The position numbers were made by a program, and so were the translations under genes. A stretch of DNA of 64,000 nucleotides from Gammaproteobacteria bacterium. GTDB lineage: Bacteria; Pseudomonadota; Gammaproteobacteria; JAJPIJ01. Below, piece by piece: positions 19,760 to 29,786 of this stretch. The stretch's first letter is position 1, and each line of letters opens with the position of its first letter. The stretch lies in contig JAJVHZ010000061.1 in NCBI GenBank assembly GCA_022072255.1, positions 26,207 to 90,206 of the forward strand, in the 5' to 3' direction. The notes under the pieces are model-generated. The model had not been told where the DNA came from, made no database searches, and was given only the letters and a program-made list of their open reading frames with translations.

Positions 19760-20509
19760 CTACGGCATGTACATGCCGCCGTTCACGTGCAAGGTTTCGC
19801 CGGTGATGTATCCGGCGGCATCGGAGGCCAGGAACGCCACGGCGGCGGCGACATCCTCGGGCGCGCCGAAGCGGCCGAGCGGGATCTGTCCGGCCAGGGC
19901 CGCACGCTGTTCGTCGGTGAGGACGCCGGTCATGTCGGTGACGATGAAGCCGGGTGCGACGGCGTTGACCGTGATGCCCCGGCTTGCGACCTCGCGCGCC
20001 AGCGACTTGGTGAATCCGATCATTCCGGCCTTCGCCGCCGCGTAATTGGTCTGCCCGGCGTTGCCCATCGCACCGACCACCGAGGTGATGTTGATGATGC
20101 GTCCGTAGCGCTGCTTCATCATTCCGCGCACGTATCCCTTGCACAGTCTGAACACCGATGTGAGATCCGCATTGAGGATCATGTCCCAGTCCTCGTCCTT
20201 CATGCGCATCAGCAGGTTGTCGCGGGTGATGGCGGCGTTGTTGACGAGTATGCTGGGGGCGAGTCCGAGTCTCTCGGTTTCCGCCACCAGGCCATCGATC
20301 GCCGCGGGATCGGTGACGTCCAGGCGGAACGCATCTCCGGTGGCGCCGATATCGGCCAGCGAGCGGCGAATCGCCTCGAGCCCCGCCTCGCCCGTCGCGG
20401 TGCCGATCACCCTCACCCCGTCGCGCGCCAGTTCGCGCAGGATGGCGGCTCCGATCCCGCGGCTGGCCCCCGTTACGATCGCGACGCGCTCCGGGCTGGC
20501 TGATCTCAT
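19760..20509 (-). CDS. fabG: 3-oxoacyl-ACP reductase
   Basis: It has the SDR motifs TGASRGIG and NAAIT, and the YAAAKAG catalytic Tyr-Lys. I trimmed the start to MRSASPERVAIVTG. Confidence 0.93.
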   Translation of the reverse strand: MRSASPERVAIVTGASRGIGAAILRELARDGVRVIGTATGEAGLEAIRRSLADIGATGDAFRLDVTDPAAIDGLVAETERLGLAPSILVNNAAITRDNLLMRMKDEDWDMILNADLTSVFRLCKGYVRGMMKQRYGRIINITSVVGAMGNAGQTNYAAAKAGMIGFTKSLAREVASRGITVNAVAPGFIVTDMTGVLTDEQRAALAGQIPLGRFGAPEDVAAAVAFLASDAAGYITGETLHVNGGMYMP

Positions 20510-21450
20510 GCGTTGGTTCCCGAGACGTTGATGGCGGCATCCAGGCTTGCCGGATCGAACACGGGCAGGCACTCCAGATCGGATTCGATCCGCCTGCAGA
20601 GGCCGGCGAGCACCTTGCCGGGGCCGCATTCGATGATCATGCCGACGCCACGGGCACGCAGGAGCTGAACGGTCTGCAGCCAGCGTACCGGCTCGTAGAG
20701 CTGGCGCACGAGGGCCGCGATAATCTCCCCGGAACTGTCGTGCGTCTTCACGTCGACGTTATGTATCACCGGGATCTGTGGCCTGCCCCATGCGACCCGC
20801 TGCAACGCCGCGTGCATCTGTTCCGCGGCGCCCATCATCAGGCGGCAATGCGACGGCACGCTCACCGGCAGCAGGACCGCGCGCTTCGCGCCGGCCTCCC
20901 TGGCGCCCGCGATGGCGCGCTCCACGGCCTCCCTGTGGCCGGCGATCACGATCTGGCCCGGCGCGTTGAGATTCGCGCAACTGACGACCTGTCCATCGGC
21001 GGCCGCGGCACACACCTGCTCCAGCTCCGGCAGTTCCAGGCCCAGCACCGCGGCCATGGCACCCTCCCCCGCGGGGACGGCCGCCTGCATGCATTTCGCG
21101 CGTGCCGCTACCAGGCCGACGGCATCGGCGAAGGCCAGCGCGCCGCTGCAGACGAGCGCCGTGTATTCCCCGAGACTGTGTCCGGCGAGAAACGCCGGAC
21201 GGGTCCCGCCGCTCTCGTTCCAGACCTTCCAGACGGCGACTCCGGCCGCCAGCATCGCCGGCTGCGTGTGCTCGGTCATGTTGAGCTCGGCCTCGGGGCC
21301 TTCCCGCACCAACTTCCAGAGGTCGTAGCCGAGGACCTCGGAGGCCTGGCGAAACGTCTCGCTGACGGAGGCGTAGGCCGCCGCCAGTTCCCGCAGCATG
21401 CCCACCGCCTGGGAACCCTGTCCTGGAAACACGAATGCCGTGGTCATCAT
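20506..21450 (-). CDS. fabD: malonyl CoA-ACP transacylase
   Basis: It has the GHSLGEY active-site motif and FVFPGQGSQ. The stop overlaps the fabG start. Confidence 0.93.
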   Translation of the reverse strand: MMTTAFVFPGQGSQAVGMLRELAAAYASVSETFRQASEVLGYDLWKLVREGPEAELNMTEHTQPAMLAAGVAVWKVWNESGGTRPAFLAGHSLGEYTALVCSGALAFADAVGLVAARAKCMQAAVPAGEGAMAAVLGLELPELEQVCAAAADGQVVSCANLNAPGQIVIAGHREAVERAIAGAREAGAKRAVLLPVSVPSHCRLMMGAAEQMHAALQRVAWGRPQIPVIHNVDVKTHDSSGEIIAALVRQLYEPVRWLQTVQLLRARGVGMIIECGPGKVLAGLCRRIESDLECLPVFDPASLDAAINVSGTNA

Positions 21451-21477
21451 GGATGCAATGAATCGCCGATCGAAGTG

Positions 21478-22446
21478 TCAGTAGCGGAGCAGCGCCGAAC
21501 CCCAGGTGAACCCGCCGCCGAACGCCTCCAGGAGCACTGTCTCACCGCGGCGGATGCGTCCATCGCGTATCGCCACGTCCAGCGCCAGGGGCACGGAGGC
21601 GGCGGAGGTGTTGCCGTGCTCCTGCACCGTCATGACCACGTGGTCCTCGGAGAGCTTCAGTTTCTTCGCGGTGGCGGCGATGATGCGCTGGTTGGCCTGG
21701 TGGGGCACCAGCCAGTCGACGTCGGCCTGCGTCATGTTGTTTGCCGCCAGGGTCTCGTCGACGATGCGTCCGAGCGTATTGACGGCGATCTTGAAGACCT
21801 CGTTGCCCTGCATCTCCAGGTACGGGTAGGAATCACCATCCTCGGTCACGCGTTTGGAGACCCCGGTGGGCACCTGCAGCAGCGCCTGATACTGGCCGTC
21901 GGCGTGCAGATGAGTGCTGAGTATGCCCGGTGTGGCGCTGGCCTGCAGCACCACCGCACCGGCGCCATCACCGAACAACACGCAGGTCTTGCGATCGGTC
22001 CAGTCGACGATGCGCGAGAGCGTCTCCGCGCCGATGACCAGGGCGTTCCTGGCACTGCCGGTCCGGATGAACTTGTCCGCGATGCTGAGCGCGTAGATAA
22101 AACCCGTGCAGACGGCCTGCACGTCAAAGGCGGGGCATCCGTGGATGTCGAGCCGCCGCTGCAGCAGGCAGGCGGTGCTGGGGAATATCTGATCGGGGGT
22201 GGTGGTGGCGACGGTGATGAGGTCGATATCGCCGGCGTTCAGGCCCGCGGCCTCGATGGCGCGGCGGGCCGCGTGCTCGGCGAGATCGCAGGTGGTCTCG
22301 TCATCGGCGGCGACGTGGCGCTTGTGGATGCCCGTGCGTTCCCTGATCCAGGCATCGGTCGTATCCACCATCTTTTCCAGCTCGGCGTTGGTAAGCACCT
22401 TCTCGGGCAGGTATCCGCCCGTGCCGGCGAGTCGCGAATAAGTCAT
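21478..22446 (-). CDS. fabH: beta-ketoacyl-ACP synthase III
   Basis: It has the active-site Cys region [15 protein letters not shown] and the H/N motifs. The start ATG at 22446 overlaps the plsX stop (ATGA). The 562-aa ORF in the track is an upstream extension into plsX. Confidence 0.93.
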   Translation of the reverse strand: MTYSRLAGTGGYLPEKVLTNAELEKMVDTTDAWIRERTGIHKRHVAADDETTCDLAEHAARRAIEAAGLNAGDIDLITVATTTPDQIFPSTACLLQRRLDIHGCPAFDVQAVCTGFIYALSIADKFIRTGSARNALVIGAETLSRIVDWTDRKTCVLFGDGAGAVVLQASATPGILSTHLHADGQYQALLQVPTGVSKRVTEDGDSYPYLEMQGNEVFKIAVNTLGRIVDETLAANNMTQADVDWLVPHQANQRIIAATAKKLKLSEDHVVMTVQEHGNTSAASVPLALDVAIRDGRIRRGETVLLEAFGGGFTWGSALLRY

Positions 22447-23465
22447 CCCGTGCTCCGTGCGAGCAGCAGTTCGCCGACCTGATCGGCGATGCGTTCCGGA
22501 ATCTTCTTGCCGGCCTCCACCATCGCCTCTTCGATGGCGGTGAGAAACGACACGTCGTCGGCGCTGCCATGACTCTTGATGACGCTGCCGCGCAATCCGA
22601 GGAAGCTCGCGCCGTTGTATTGACGTGGATCGGCGCGGTCCTTCAGATTGCGCAGCACGGGCCGGGCAGCCAGAGCAGCGAGCTTGGTCCAGAGGCTGCG
22701 GGTGAATTCCTCGCGCGCCATGTCCAGGAGCATCTTCGCGGCGCCCTCCGCGGACTTCAGGGCGATGTTGCCAGAGAAACCATCGCAGACGATGACGTCC
22801 ACCTCGCCCTTGAAGATATCGTTGCCTTCCACGAAGCCGACGTAGTTCAAGGGACTGCGCGCCAGCAGGGCCGCGGCCTCCTTGACGTTCTCGTTGCCCT
22901 TGATCTCCTCCTCGCCAATGTTCAGAAGGGCAACGGTCGGACGCTCCCTGTTCTCCACGGCGCTGGTGAGCACCGCGCCCATGACCGCGTACTGGTAAAG
23001 CTCCTTGGCACTGCAATCGACATTGGCGCCCAGATCGAGCACGTGGCTGTGGCCATGCAGGGCCGGAAGTGCGGCGCAGATGGCGGGCCGGTCGATGCCG
23101 GCCAGGGTCTTCAGAACGAACCGCGCGGTGGCCATCAGCGCGCCCGTGTTGCCGGCGCTCACGCACGCCTGGCAGGTTCCGCTCTTGACCAGGTCGATGG
23201 CCACGCGCATCGAGGAATCCTTCTTGCCGCGCAGGGCCTGTGAGGGAAGCTCGTTCATCTCCACGCGCTGGCTGGCGTGGCGCACGATGAGCCGCTCGCT
23301 CGGGCTCGCGCCGCGGCTACGCAGCCCCTCGCCCACCTCGGCCTGGTCGCCGACCAGGGTGATGGCCAGATCCGGATGGATCTGCAAGGCCTTGAGAGCC
23401 GCCGGAACGGTCGCAGCCGGACCGCGGTCCCCACCCATCGCGTCCACCGCGATATGGATCTTCAC
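22443..23465 (-). CDS. plsX: phosphate acyltransferase PlsX
   Basis: It begins [13 protein letters not shown]. The rpmF-plsX-fabH-fabD-fabG-acpP-fabF synteny is conserved. Confidence 0.93.
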   Translation of the reverse strand: MKIHIAVDAMGGDRGPAATVPAALKALQIHPDLAITLVGDQAEVGEGLRSRGASPSERLIVRHASQRVEMNELPSQALRGKKDSSMRVAIDLVKSGTCQACVSAGNTGALMATARFVLKTLAGIDRPAICAALPALHGHSHVLDLGANVDCSAKELYQYAVMGAVLTSAVENRERPTVALLNIGEEEIKGNENVKEAAALLARSPLNYVGFVEGNDIFKGEVDVIVCDGFSGNIALKSAEGAAKMLLDMAREEFTRSLWTKLAALAARPVLRNLKDRADPRQYNGASFLGLRGSVIKSHGSADDVSFLTAIEEAMVEAGKKIPERIADQVGELLLARSTG

Positions 23466-23546
23466 CCGAGCAAGAGACTCAGCGACATGTAAGACTGCGG
23501 AGTCGGCGGCGGCCGCCGCGCGGCGGCCGCCACGGTCCGCTGCTTG

Positions 23547-23738
23547 TTATTCGGCCGCCTTTTCGGCGGGTGTTTCCCGGACTTTCTTGCCACGGTAGTA
23601 GCCGTCGGCGCTCACATGGTGACGCCGGTGCACCTCACCGGTCGTCGGTTCGATCGAGAGCGCCGAGGCCGCCAGCGCGTCGTGCGAACGGCGCATGCCG
23701 CGTTTCGAAGGGGTCTTGCGATTCTGTTGCACAGCCAT
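23547..23738 (-). CDS. rpmF: 50S ribosomal protein L32
   Basis: It begins [22 protein letters not shown]. Confidence 0.95.
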   Translation of the reverse strand: MAVQQNRKTPSKRGMRRSHDALAASALSIEPTTGEVHRRHHVSADGYYRGKKVRETPAEKAAE

Positions 23739-23775
23739 TTCGGAAGTCTCCTAACCTGATTCCTATACCGACTCG

Positions 23776-24294
23776 TTACTGCCTGTCCTTCAGTGTTGCC
23801 AGGACGGCGAAGGGATTTTCGCGCGCCTGATCCTGTTCCTGCCCGTTCGCCGGGCCCGCCACGGGCAGGCAGGCACCATCCCCGGGCTCGTGCCGTGGGA
23901 TCATGGGCAACTGCAGCAGCAATTCATCCTCCACGATCTCGGCCAGTGACATCTGGCCGCGGGTCACGAACAGCGGCTCGTACCGCTCCGAGGCCGTGTC
24001 GCCTGCCGCGTCTTCCGGAACGAGCTCCAGCGTCGCATCGACTGCCACCGGGGCCGCCATCCTGCCCATGCAGCGCTGGCAGGTCAGCTCCAGCTCCGCC
24101 GTCGCCTCGAGCTTCAGCACCCGTCTGCCCTGCTCGTCCATCCCGAATCGTGCGGTGACGCGCACGCTGGCATCCTCGCTGGCGAGCATCGCCTTCAGCC
24201 GTCCCAGGCGTGCGACCGGCAAGTCTCCGGCCAGCTGCACCGCCGCGTCGGCCAGGTGCAGGGGATCGATGTGCTCCGGGAGCCCCCCGCTCAT
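23776..24294 (-). CDS. yceD: YceD-family (DUF177) large ribosomal subunit accumulation protein
   Basis: 172 aa with a C-terminal CxxC...CxxC pattern (CQRCMGRM...C). It sits immediately upstream of rpmF, as in E. coli. Confidence 0.85.
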   Translation of the reverse strand: MSGGLPEHIDPLHLADAAVQLAGDLPVARLGRLKAMLASEDASVRVTARFGMDEQGRRVLKLEATAELELTCQRCMGRMAAPVAVDATLELVPEDAAGDTASERYEPLFVTRGQMSLAEIVEDELLLQLPMIPRHEPGDGACLPVAGPANGQEQDQARENPFAVLATLKDRQ

Positions 24295-24341
24295 AGGGCG
24301 CGGTATTATATGTCAGCGACTTACTGACAAAAAGACGCCGG

Positions 24342-24965
24342 ATGAAAACTGATTCCGCGCCGGATGCCAAGGCCGCCGCCGCTCGCACCCTGGTGCTCGC
24401 TTCCACCTCACCCTACCGGCGGGCACTGCTGGCGCGGCTCCGCTACCCTTTCCTCACCGCCAGCCCGGGGCTCGAGGAGGTACCGGAGGAGGGGGAATCC
24501 GCCGTGCGGATGGTCACCCGGCTCGCACAGGCCAAGGCCCGGGCGCTGGCGTCCCGGTACCCCGGGGCCGTCATCATCGGATCCGACCAGGTGGCCGTGC
24601 TCGATGGCGTCGCGCTCGGGAAGCCCGGTACTCCCGAGCGCGCCGAACGCCAGTTGCGGGAGGCAAGCGGCCGGCGGCTCGATTTCCTGACCGGCCTGTG
24701 CGTCCTCGATGCGGCGAGCGGGGCCGCGGCCACGGTCTGCGAGCCGTACGCGGTGCATTTCCGTGCGCTGAGCGATGCGGAAATCACCAACTACGTGCGC
24801 CGGGAACAGCCGTACGATTGCGCCGGCAGCTTCAAGTCCGAAGGCCTCGGTGTCGCGCTGTTCGAGCACATGGAGGGCGGCGACCCCACCGCCCTCATCG
24901 GCCTGCCGCTGATCCAGTTGACTCGCCTGCTGCGCCAATTCGGGATCGACGTGCTTGCATCCTGA
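24342..24965 (+). CDS. maf: Maf-like nucleoside triphosphate pyrophosphatase
   Basis: Maf motifs are present (LVLASTSPYRRALL, IGSDQV, KP). The true start may be a few codons downstream of 24342. Confidence 0.85.
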   Translation: MKTDSAPDAKAAAARTLVLASTSPYRRALLARLRYPFLTASPGLEEVPEEGESAVRMVTRLAQAKARALASRYPGAVIIGSDQVAVLDGVALGKPGTPERAERQLREASGRRLDFLTGLCVLDAASGAAATVCEPYAVHFRALSDAEITNYVRREQPYDCAGSFKSEGLGVALFEHMEGGDPTALIGLPLIQLTRLLRQFGIDVLAS

Positions 24966-24995
24966 TCCAGGGCGCGGATTGCGCTCCGGGGCCCG

Positions 24996-25961
24996 TCAGC
25001 GCAGCTGGATCCGCGAGGTCATCGCCTCGGCCATGGTCCGGCCGAGCCGTTTGGCGAACCGATCGAGAACCGGCTCGTGCGGCGTGTAATCGACTATGTC
25101 CTCGGCCTTCACCACGTCGCGGGCGACGTAGCTCGCGCTGCCGAGCGCGTCCACCAGGCCCAGATCGAGCGCCTGTACGCCGGTCCAGATCAGGCCGCTG
25201 AACAGCTTCGGGTCCTTGGCGAGTCGGTCGCCGCGTCCCCGCTTCACGGTGTTGACGAACTGCTCGTGTATCTCCTTGAGCAGGCCGCGCGCATGCTCCA
25301 CCTCTTCCGGCTTGAGCGGTGAAAATGGGTCGAGGAATCCCTTGTCTTCACCGGCCGCCAGCAGCCGGCGCTCGACGCCGAGCTTCTCCATGGTGCCGGT
25401 AAAGCCGAATCCGTCCATGAGTACGCCGATGGAACCCACCACGCTCGCCTTGTCGGCATAGATCTCGTCGGCGGCGGCGGCGATATAGTACCCGCCGGAG
25501 GCGCACATGTCGGTGATCACCGCGTAGAGCTTCTTCTGCGGGTATTTCTCGCGCAGCCGAACGATCTCGTCGTTGATGTAGCCGGCCTGCACGGGACTGC
25601 CGCCCGGGCTGTTGATGCGCAGGATCACCGCCGCGGAGTGCTTGTTCTCGAAGGCATCGCGCAGTGCGCCGACTATGTTGTCGGCGCTCGCCTCGCTGTC
25701 GGCCGCGATGACGCCGTTGACCTCGATGAGCGCGGTGTGGCGTCCGGTGGCCAGCGGCGTACCACCCATTCCGCCCGACTTGAACAGGAACAGGAGCACG
25801 AGCAGGTAGGCGAAGCCGAGCAACTTGAAGAAGATGCCCCAGCGGCGTGCCCGTCGTTGCTCCTCCAGGGCGGCATAGGCGAACTTGTCGATGATCTGTT
25901 GCTGCCAGTTCGGTGCCTGTGGCGTCGAGCCTGGCGGGATGCTCGGATTGTTCTCAGTCAT
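24996..25961 (-). CDS. sppA: signal peptide peptidase SppA (S49 family, 36K type)
   Basis: It has the S49 motif AAVILRINSPGGS, and the catalytic Ser is in MCASGGYYIAAAAD. Confidence 0.85.
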   Translation of the reverse strand: MTENNPSIPPGSTPQAPNWQQQIIDKFAYAALEEQRRARRWGIFFKLLGFAYLLVLLFLFKSGGMGGTPLATGRHTALIEVNGVIAADSEASADNIVGALRDAFENKHSAAVILRINSPGGSPVQAGYINDEIVRLREKYPQKKLYAVITDMCASGGYYIAAAADEIYADKASVVGSIGVLMDGFGFTGTMEKLGVERRLLAAGEDKGFLDPFSPLKPEEVEHARGLLKEIHEQFVNTVKRGRGDRLAKDPKLFSGLIWTGVQALDLGLVDALGSASYVARDVVKAEDIVDYTPHEPVLDRFAKRLGRTMAEAMTSRIQLR

Positions 25962-26965
25962 GGTCTCCTGCGTCCGGCTTTGCGTTTTGTCTCGGCCGCC
26001 GTCGGTGTCGACGGCGTGAGCGCGCGGAGCACGCTCTCCAGTTCCGCCGGCAGGGGTGATTCTACAGTCGCCGCGGCCCCGGTTTCGAGCGGGATCTCCA
26101 GCCGCTGTGCGTGCAGAAACAGTCGCCGCAGCCCGAGGGCGAGCACGCGCCTGTTGAAGGCCTCATCGCCATATTTGTCGTCCCCCGCCACGGGGAAGCC
26201 GGCGTGCCGCGCATGCACGCGGATCTGGTGGGTGCGGCCGGTCCGGAGATCGGCACTGAGCAGACTACAGTCTTGGAACTGCCGACAAAGAGAAAAATGT
26301 GTGATCGCGGCCTTGCCGGCGTGTTGATCGACACGGACCACCGCCTCGCCGCCGGGGCGCACGTCCTTCTTCAGTGACGAGGAGATGGTGCGATCCGGGC
26401 CCTTCCACGTTCCCCGGGCGAGCAGCAGATAGCGCTTGCCGATCCGGCCCTCGCGGAGTTGTTCGTGCAAGCGCCGCAGGCTGCGCATCGATTTGGCGAT
26501 GATGAGGCAGCCGGAGGTGTCGCGATCGAGACGATGGGCGAGCTCCAGGAACTGCTCCGCGCCGCGGGCGTTGCGCAGGGTCTCGATGAGGCCGTAGCGC
26601 AGGCCCGATCCGCCATGGACGGCCATGCCGGACGGCTTGTCGAGTATCAGCATCTGTTCGTCCTCGTACAGGATGCGACCCTCCAGAAACTGACCTCGCG
26701 GGCCGCCCCCCCGGGCCGCCTGCGACTCCGGCTCCCGCCGGATCGGCGGGAGCCGGACGAGATCGGCCTCCGCCACGCGGGTCTCCGGCTTGGCCCGCCG
26801 CCCGTTGATACGGATTTCGCCGCGTCGCAGCATGCGGTAAATGTGACTTTTCGGGACGTTGCCAAGCATGGAGACCAGCAGATTATCGATGCGACGGCCC
26901 GCCTGATCGGCGTCGATCTGCAGGTGACTGACCTCCTCGGTCCGCAACTGCGGTCTCTGGATCAT
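25958..26965 (-). CDS. rluC: 23S rRNA pseudouridine(955/2504/2580) synthase
   Basis: It has an S4 domain and the RluA-family catalytic motif HRLDRDTSGCLIIAK. It is divergent from rne, as in E. coli. Confidence 0.85.
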   Translation of the reverse strand: MIQRPQLRTEEVSHLQIDADQAGRRIDNLLVSMLGNVPKSHIYRMLRRGEIRINGRRAKPETRVAEADLVRLPPIRREPESQAARGGGPRGQFLEGRILYEDEQMLILDKPSGMAVHGGSGLRYGLIETLRNARGAEQFLELAHRLDRDTSGCLIIAKSMRSLRRLHEQLREGRIGKRYLLLARGTWKGPDRTISSSLKKDVRPGGEAVVRVDQHAGKAAITHFSLCRQFQDCSLLSADLRTGRTHQIRVHARHAGFPVAGDDKYGDEAFNRRVLALGLRRLFLHAQRLEIPLETGAAATVESPLPAELESVLRALTPSTPTAAETKRKAGRRRP

Positions 26966-27324
26966 GGGTGGTGCGGCTTTATTGCCGCCGGATGACGCGG
27001 CTGCTATAGTATTCGATGCTGATATTGTACAGCTAACTTAAAGTTTTAATTCGAAATTTGTGCCGGCGGCTCCGGTGCGCCAGGCGGCGAAGCCGCTGGC
27101 GGCGGGAGGCGTGTCGGCGGCGCGGCAGGTGCGTACAGGGCGCATCATGTCAGCGGAACATGCAGGATTCCCGGCATCACCGCAGCGAAAAGCGGTGTTT
27201 ATTGAGGCGCTCCTCCCTCCCGCGTGGGTCAAAATGCCCCGCAGCAGACCCGGCCAGGCTCGACGACAGCCGCCCTGGGGTCAACCGGCTGCAGGGAACG
27301 GGCGCCAGACAGGATTACTACAAA
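26966..27324 (+). promoter_or_regulatory. rne promoter plus long structured 5' UTR (candidate RNase E autoregulatory leader)
   Basis: The rluC-rne divergent gap is 359 nt and is noticeably AT-richer than its surroundings. The long rne 5' UTR that mediates autoregulation in enterobacteria has a comparable length. Confidence 0.45.
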
Positions 27325-29742
27325 ATGAAAAGAATGCTCATCAACGCGACTCATCCGGAGGAGTTGCGCGTTGCGCTCGTCGACGGCCAGAAACTTTACG
27401 ACCTCGACATCGAATCCACCGGCCGCGAGCAGCGAAAATCCAACATCTACAAGGGCCGCATCATCCGGCTGGAACCCAGCCTGGAGGCGGCCTTCGTCGA
27501 CTACGGCGCCGACCGCCACGGCTTCCTGCCTCTTAAGGAGGTCGCCCGCAGCTACTTTGCCGAGACTGCCCAGACCGGCCGCCCGAACATTCGCGAGGCC
27601 TTGCGCGAGGGTCAGGAACTCGTCGTTCAGGTTGAAAAGGACGAGCGTGGGAACAAGGGCGCGGCGCTGACCACCTTCATCAGTCTGCCGGGTCGCTACC
27701 TGGTCCTGATGCCCAACAATCCGAGGGCGGGCGGCGTTTCGCGCCAGATCGAGGGGGCTGACCGCGACGATGCCCGCGACGCGATGAACTCGCTGGTCGT
27801 GCCCGAGGGAATGGGCCTCATCCTGCGCACGGCGGGCGTGGGCAAGGCCGCCGAGGAGCTGCAGTGGGACCTCGAGTACCTGCTCAAGCTGTGGAGCGCC
27901 ATCGACGAGGCCTCGCGTCAGCGCCAGGCGCCGTTTCTCATATACCAGGACCGCGACGTCATCATCCGCGCCATCCGCGATTATCTGCGCGGCGACATCG
28001 GCGAGATCCTGATCGATGACAAGTCGCTGCACGAGAAGGCGCAGGAATTCATGCAGCAGGTCATGCCGAACAACCTGCGCAAGCTGAAGCACTACAGCGA
28101 CAGCATTCCGCTGTTCACCCGGTATCAGATTGAGAGCCAGATCGAATCGGCGTTCGAGCGTGAGGTCAAGCTGCCCTCCGGCGGCGCCCTGGTCATCGAG
28201 CCCACCGAGGCGCTGATCACCATCGACATCAATTCCGCCAAGGCCACGCGCGGCGGGGACATCGAGGAAACGGCGCTGAACACCAACCTCGAGGCGGCCG
28301 ATGAGGCGGCGCTGCAACTGCGGCTGCGCGACCTCGGCGGCCTCATCGTCATCGATTTCATCGACATGATGATCCAGAAGAACCAGCGCCTGGTCGAAAA
28401 CCGGCTGCGCGAGGCGCTCAAGGTCGATCGGGCTCGGGTTCAGGTCGGAAAGATCTCCCGCTTCGGCCTGCTCGAGATGTCGCGGCAGCGGCTGCGCCCC
28501 TCGCTGGTCGAGTTCAGCCACATCGTCTGTCCGCGTTGCAGCGGCAACGGGGCCATACGCAGCGTGGAATCCCTGTCGCTGTCCATCCTCCGGCTCATGG
28601 AGGAGGAGGCAATGAAGGAGTCCACGGCCAAGGTTGTGGTGCAGGTGCCGGTGGACGCTGCAACCTTCCTGCTGAACGAGAAGCGACGCGAGATCTGGCG
28701 CATCGAGGATCGCTACGACGTCTCGGTGATCGTCATTCCGAACATGAACCTGGAGACCCCTCATTACCAGGTGCAACGCATACGCGAACAGGATGCGGGA
28801 CTGGCAAGTCAGACCGAGAGCAGCTACAGGCTGGTCGCACCGGCCGAGCCCGAGGCGGCCGTCGAAGGCACGGCGACGGCGCCGCGGGCGGTGCAGGAGG
28901 AACCTGCGGTAAAGGACATACATCGCCAGATGACGCCGGCCCCCGTCGTCGCGGAGATCGACACGCCGGCCGCGGAGCCGCCTCCCGCAGGCGGCATCGT
29001 CAAACGCGTGCTCGCAATGCTGTTCGGCACCCAGCCGAGGGAGGCGCCGGCTGCGGCGCCCGCGCCCGCACCGCGTCAGGATCGCCCGCCGCCGGCCGGG
29101 AGGCGCGGGCCGCCGCGCCAGGATCAGCGTCGCGAGCAGCAGCAGCGCGACCGACGGGAGCGGCGCGACCAGGGACCGCGGCGCGATCAGGGACCGCGGC
29201 GCGACGACGGTCAGCCACACCGCCCGTCGCCGCAAGGCGGAACCCCGGGTGGCATGCAGCCCCGCCCGGAACAGATGGCCCGCGATCGCGAGGAGACCGA
29301 CGAGGGCGGCGGCGATGAAGCTCGGCGCGGCAGACGCGGCCGGCGCGGCGGGCGCAATCGCAGCCGGCGGCGCGAGGGGGAACGCAATCCCGCGCAGGCT
29401 GCCCAGGGCGCAGCCGCGGCCGAGCGCGAGGACCAGGATGCGAGCGTCGCGATGGCCAATTTCCAGCCGCCGTCGCCGGAGCGGACCGATGAGGGTTCCG
29501 CACACGAGTCGGCGGCCGCCGCGCCGCAGGCAGAGGAGTACGCCCCGGTGCCGGTGGACCACCGCCTGGCGTTCGTGCCGGAGGCCGGGCCCGCCGTGGA
29601 AACCGCCGCCACCGAACCGGTCACCGCTTTCCCGGCACAGCGCACGTTCACCCGCCCCGAACCGGACAGCGAGGCCGCCGCGCCCGCCGTCCACGGCGAA
29701 AGCGCCGCGTCCCAGGGGTCGAGTACCGAGACGCACAGCTAG
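27325..29742 (+). CDS. rne: ribonuclease E
   Basis: The N-terminus is [30 protein letters not shown] with an S1 and catalytic domain. The C-terminal half is Arg/Asp/Gln/Pro-rich low complexity. ATG 27325 is the homology-supported start within a longer ORF. Confidence 0.92.
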   Translation: MKRMLINATHPEELRVALVDGQKLYDLDIESTGREQRKSNIYKGRIIRLEPSLEAAFVDYGADRHGFLPLKEVARSYFAETAQTGRPNIREALREGQELVVQVEKDERGNKGAALTTFISLPGRYLVLMPNNPRAGGVSRQIEGADRDDARDAMNSLVVPEGMGLILRTAGVGKAAEELQWDLEYLLKLWSAIDEASRQRQAPFLIYQDRDVIIRAIRDYLRGDIGEILIDDKSLHEKAQEFMQQVMPNNLRKLKHYSDSIPLFTRYQIESQIESAFEREVKLPSGGALVIEPTEALITIDINSAKATRGGDIEETALNTNLEAADEAALQLRLRDLGGLIVIDFIDMMIQKNQRLVENRLREALKVDRARVQVGKISRFGLLEMSRQRLRPSLVEFSHIVCPRCSGNGAIRSVESLSLSILRLMEEEAMKESTAKVVVQVPVDAATFLLNEKRREIWRIEDRYDVSVIVIPNMNLETPHYQVQRIREQDAGLASQTESSYRLVAPAEPEAAVEGTATAPRAVQEEPAVKDIHRQMTPAPVVAEIDTPAAEPPPAGGIVKRVLAMLFGTQPREAPAAAPAPAPRQDRPPPAGRRGPPRQDQRREQQQRDRRERRDQGPRRDQGPRRDDGQPHRPSPQGGTPGGMQPRPEQMARDREETDEGGGDEARRGRRGRRGGRNRSRRREGERNPAQAAQGAAAAEREDQDASVAMANFQPPSPERTDEGSAHESAAAAPQAEEYAPVPVDHRLAFVPEAGPAVETAATEPVTAFPAQRTFTRPEPDSEAAAPAVHGESAASQGSSTETHS

Positions 29743-29786
29743 CATCCCTGAGGCCCGCGCCCGGGGGACAGCGCGCGGCGCAGCTC

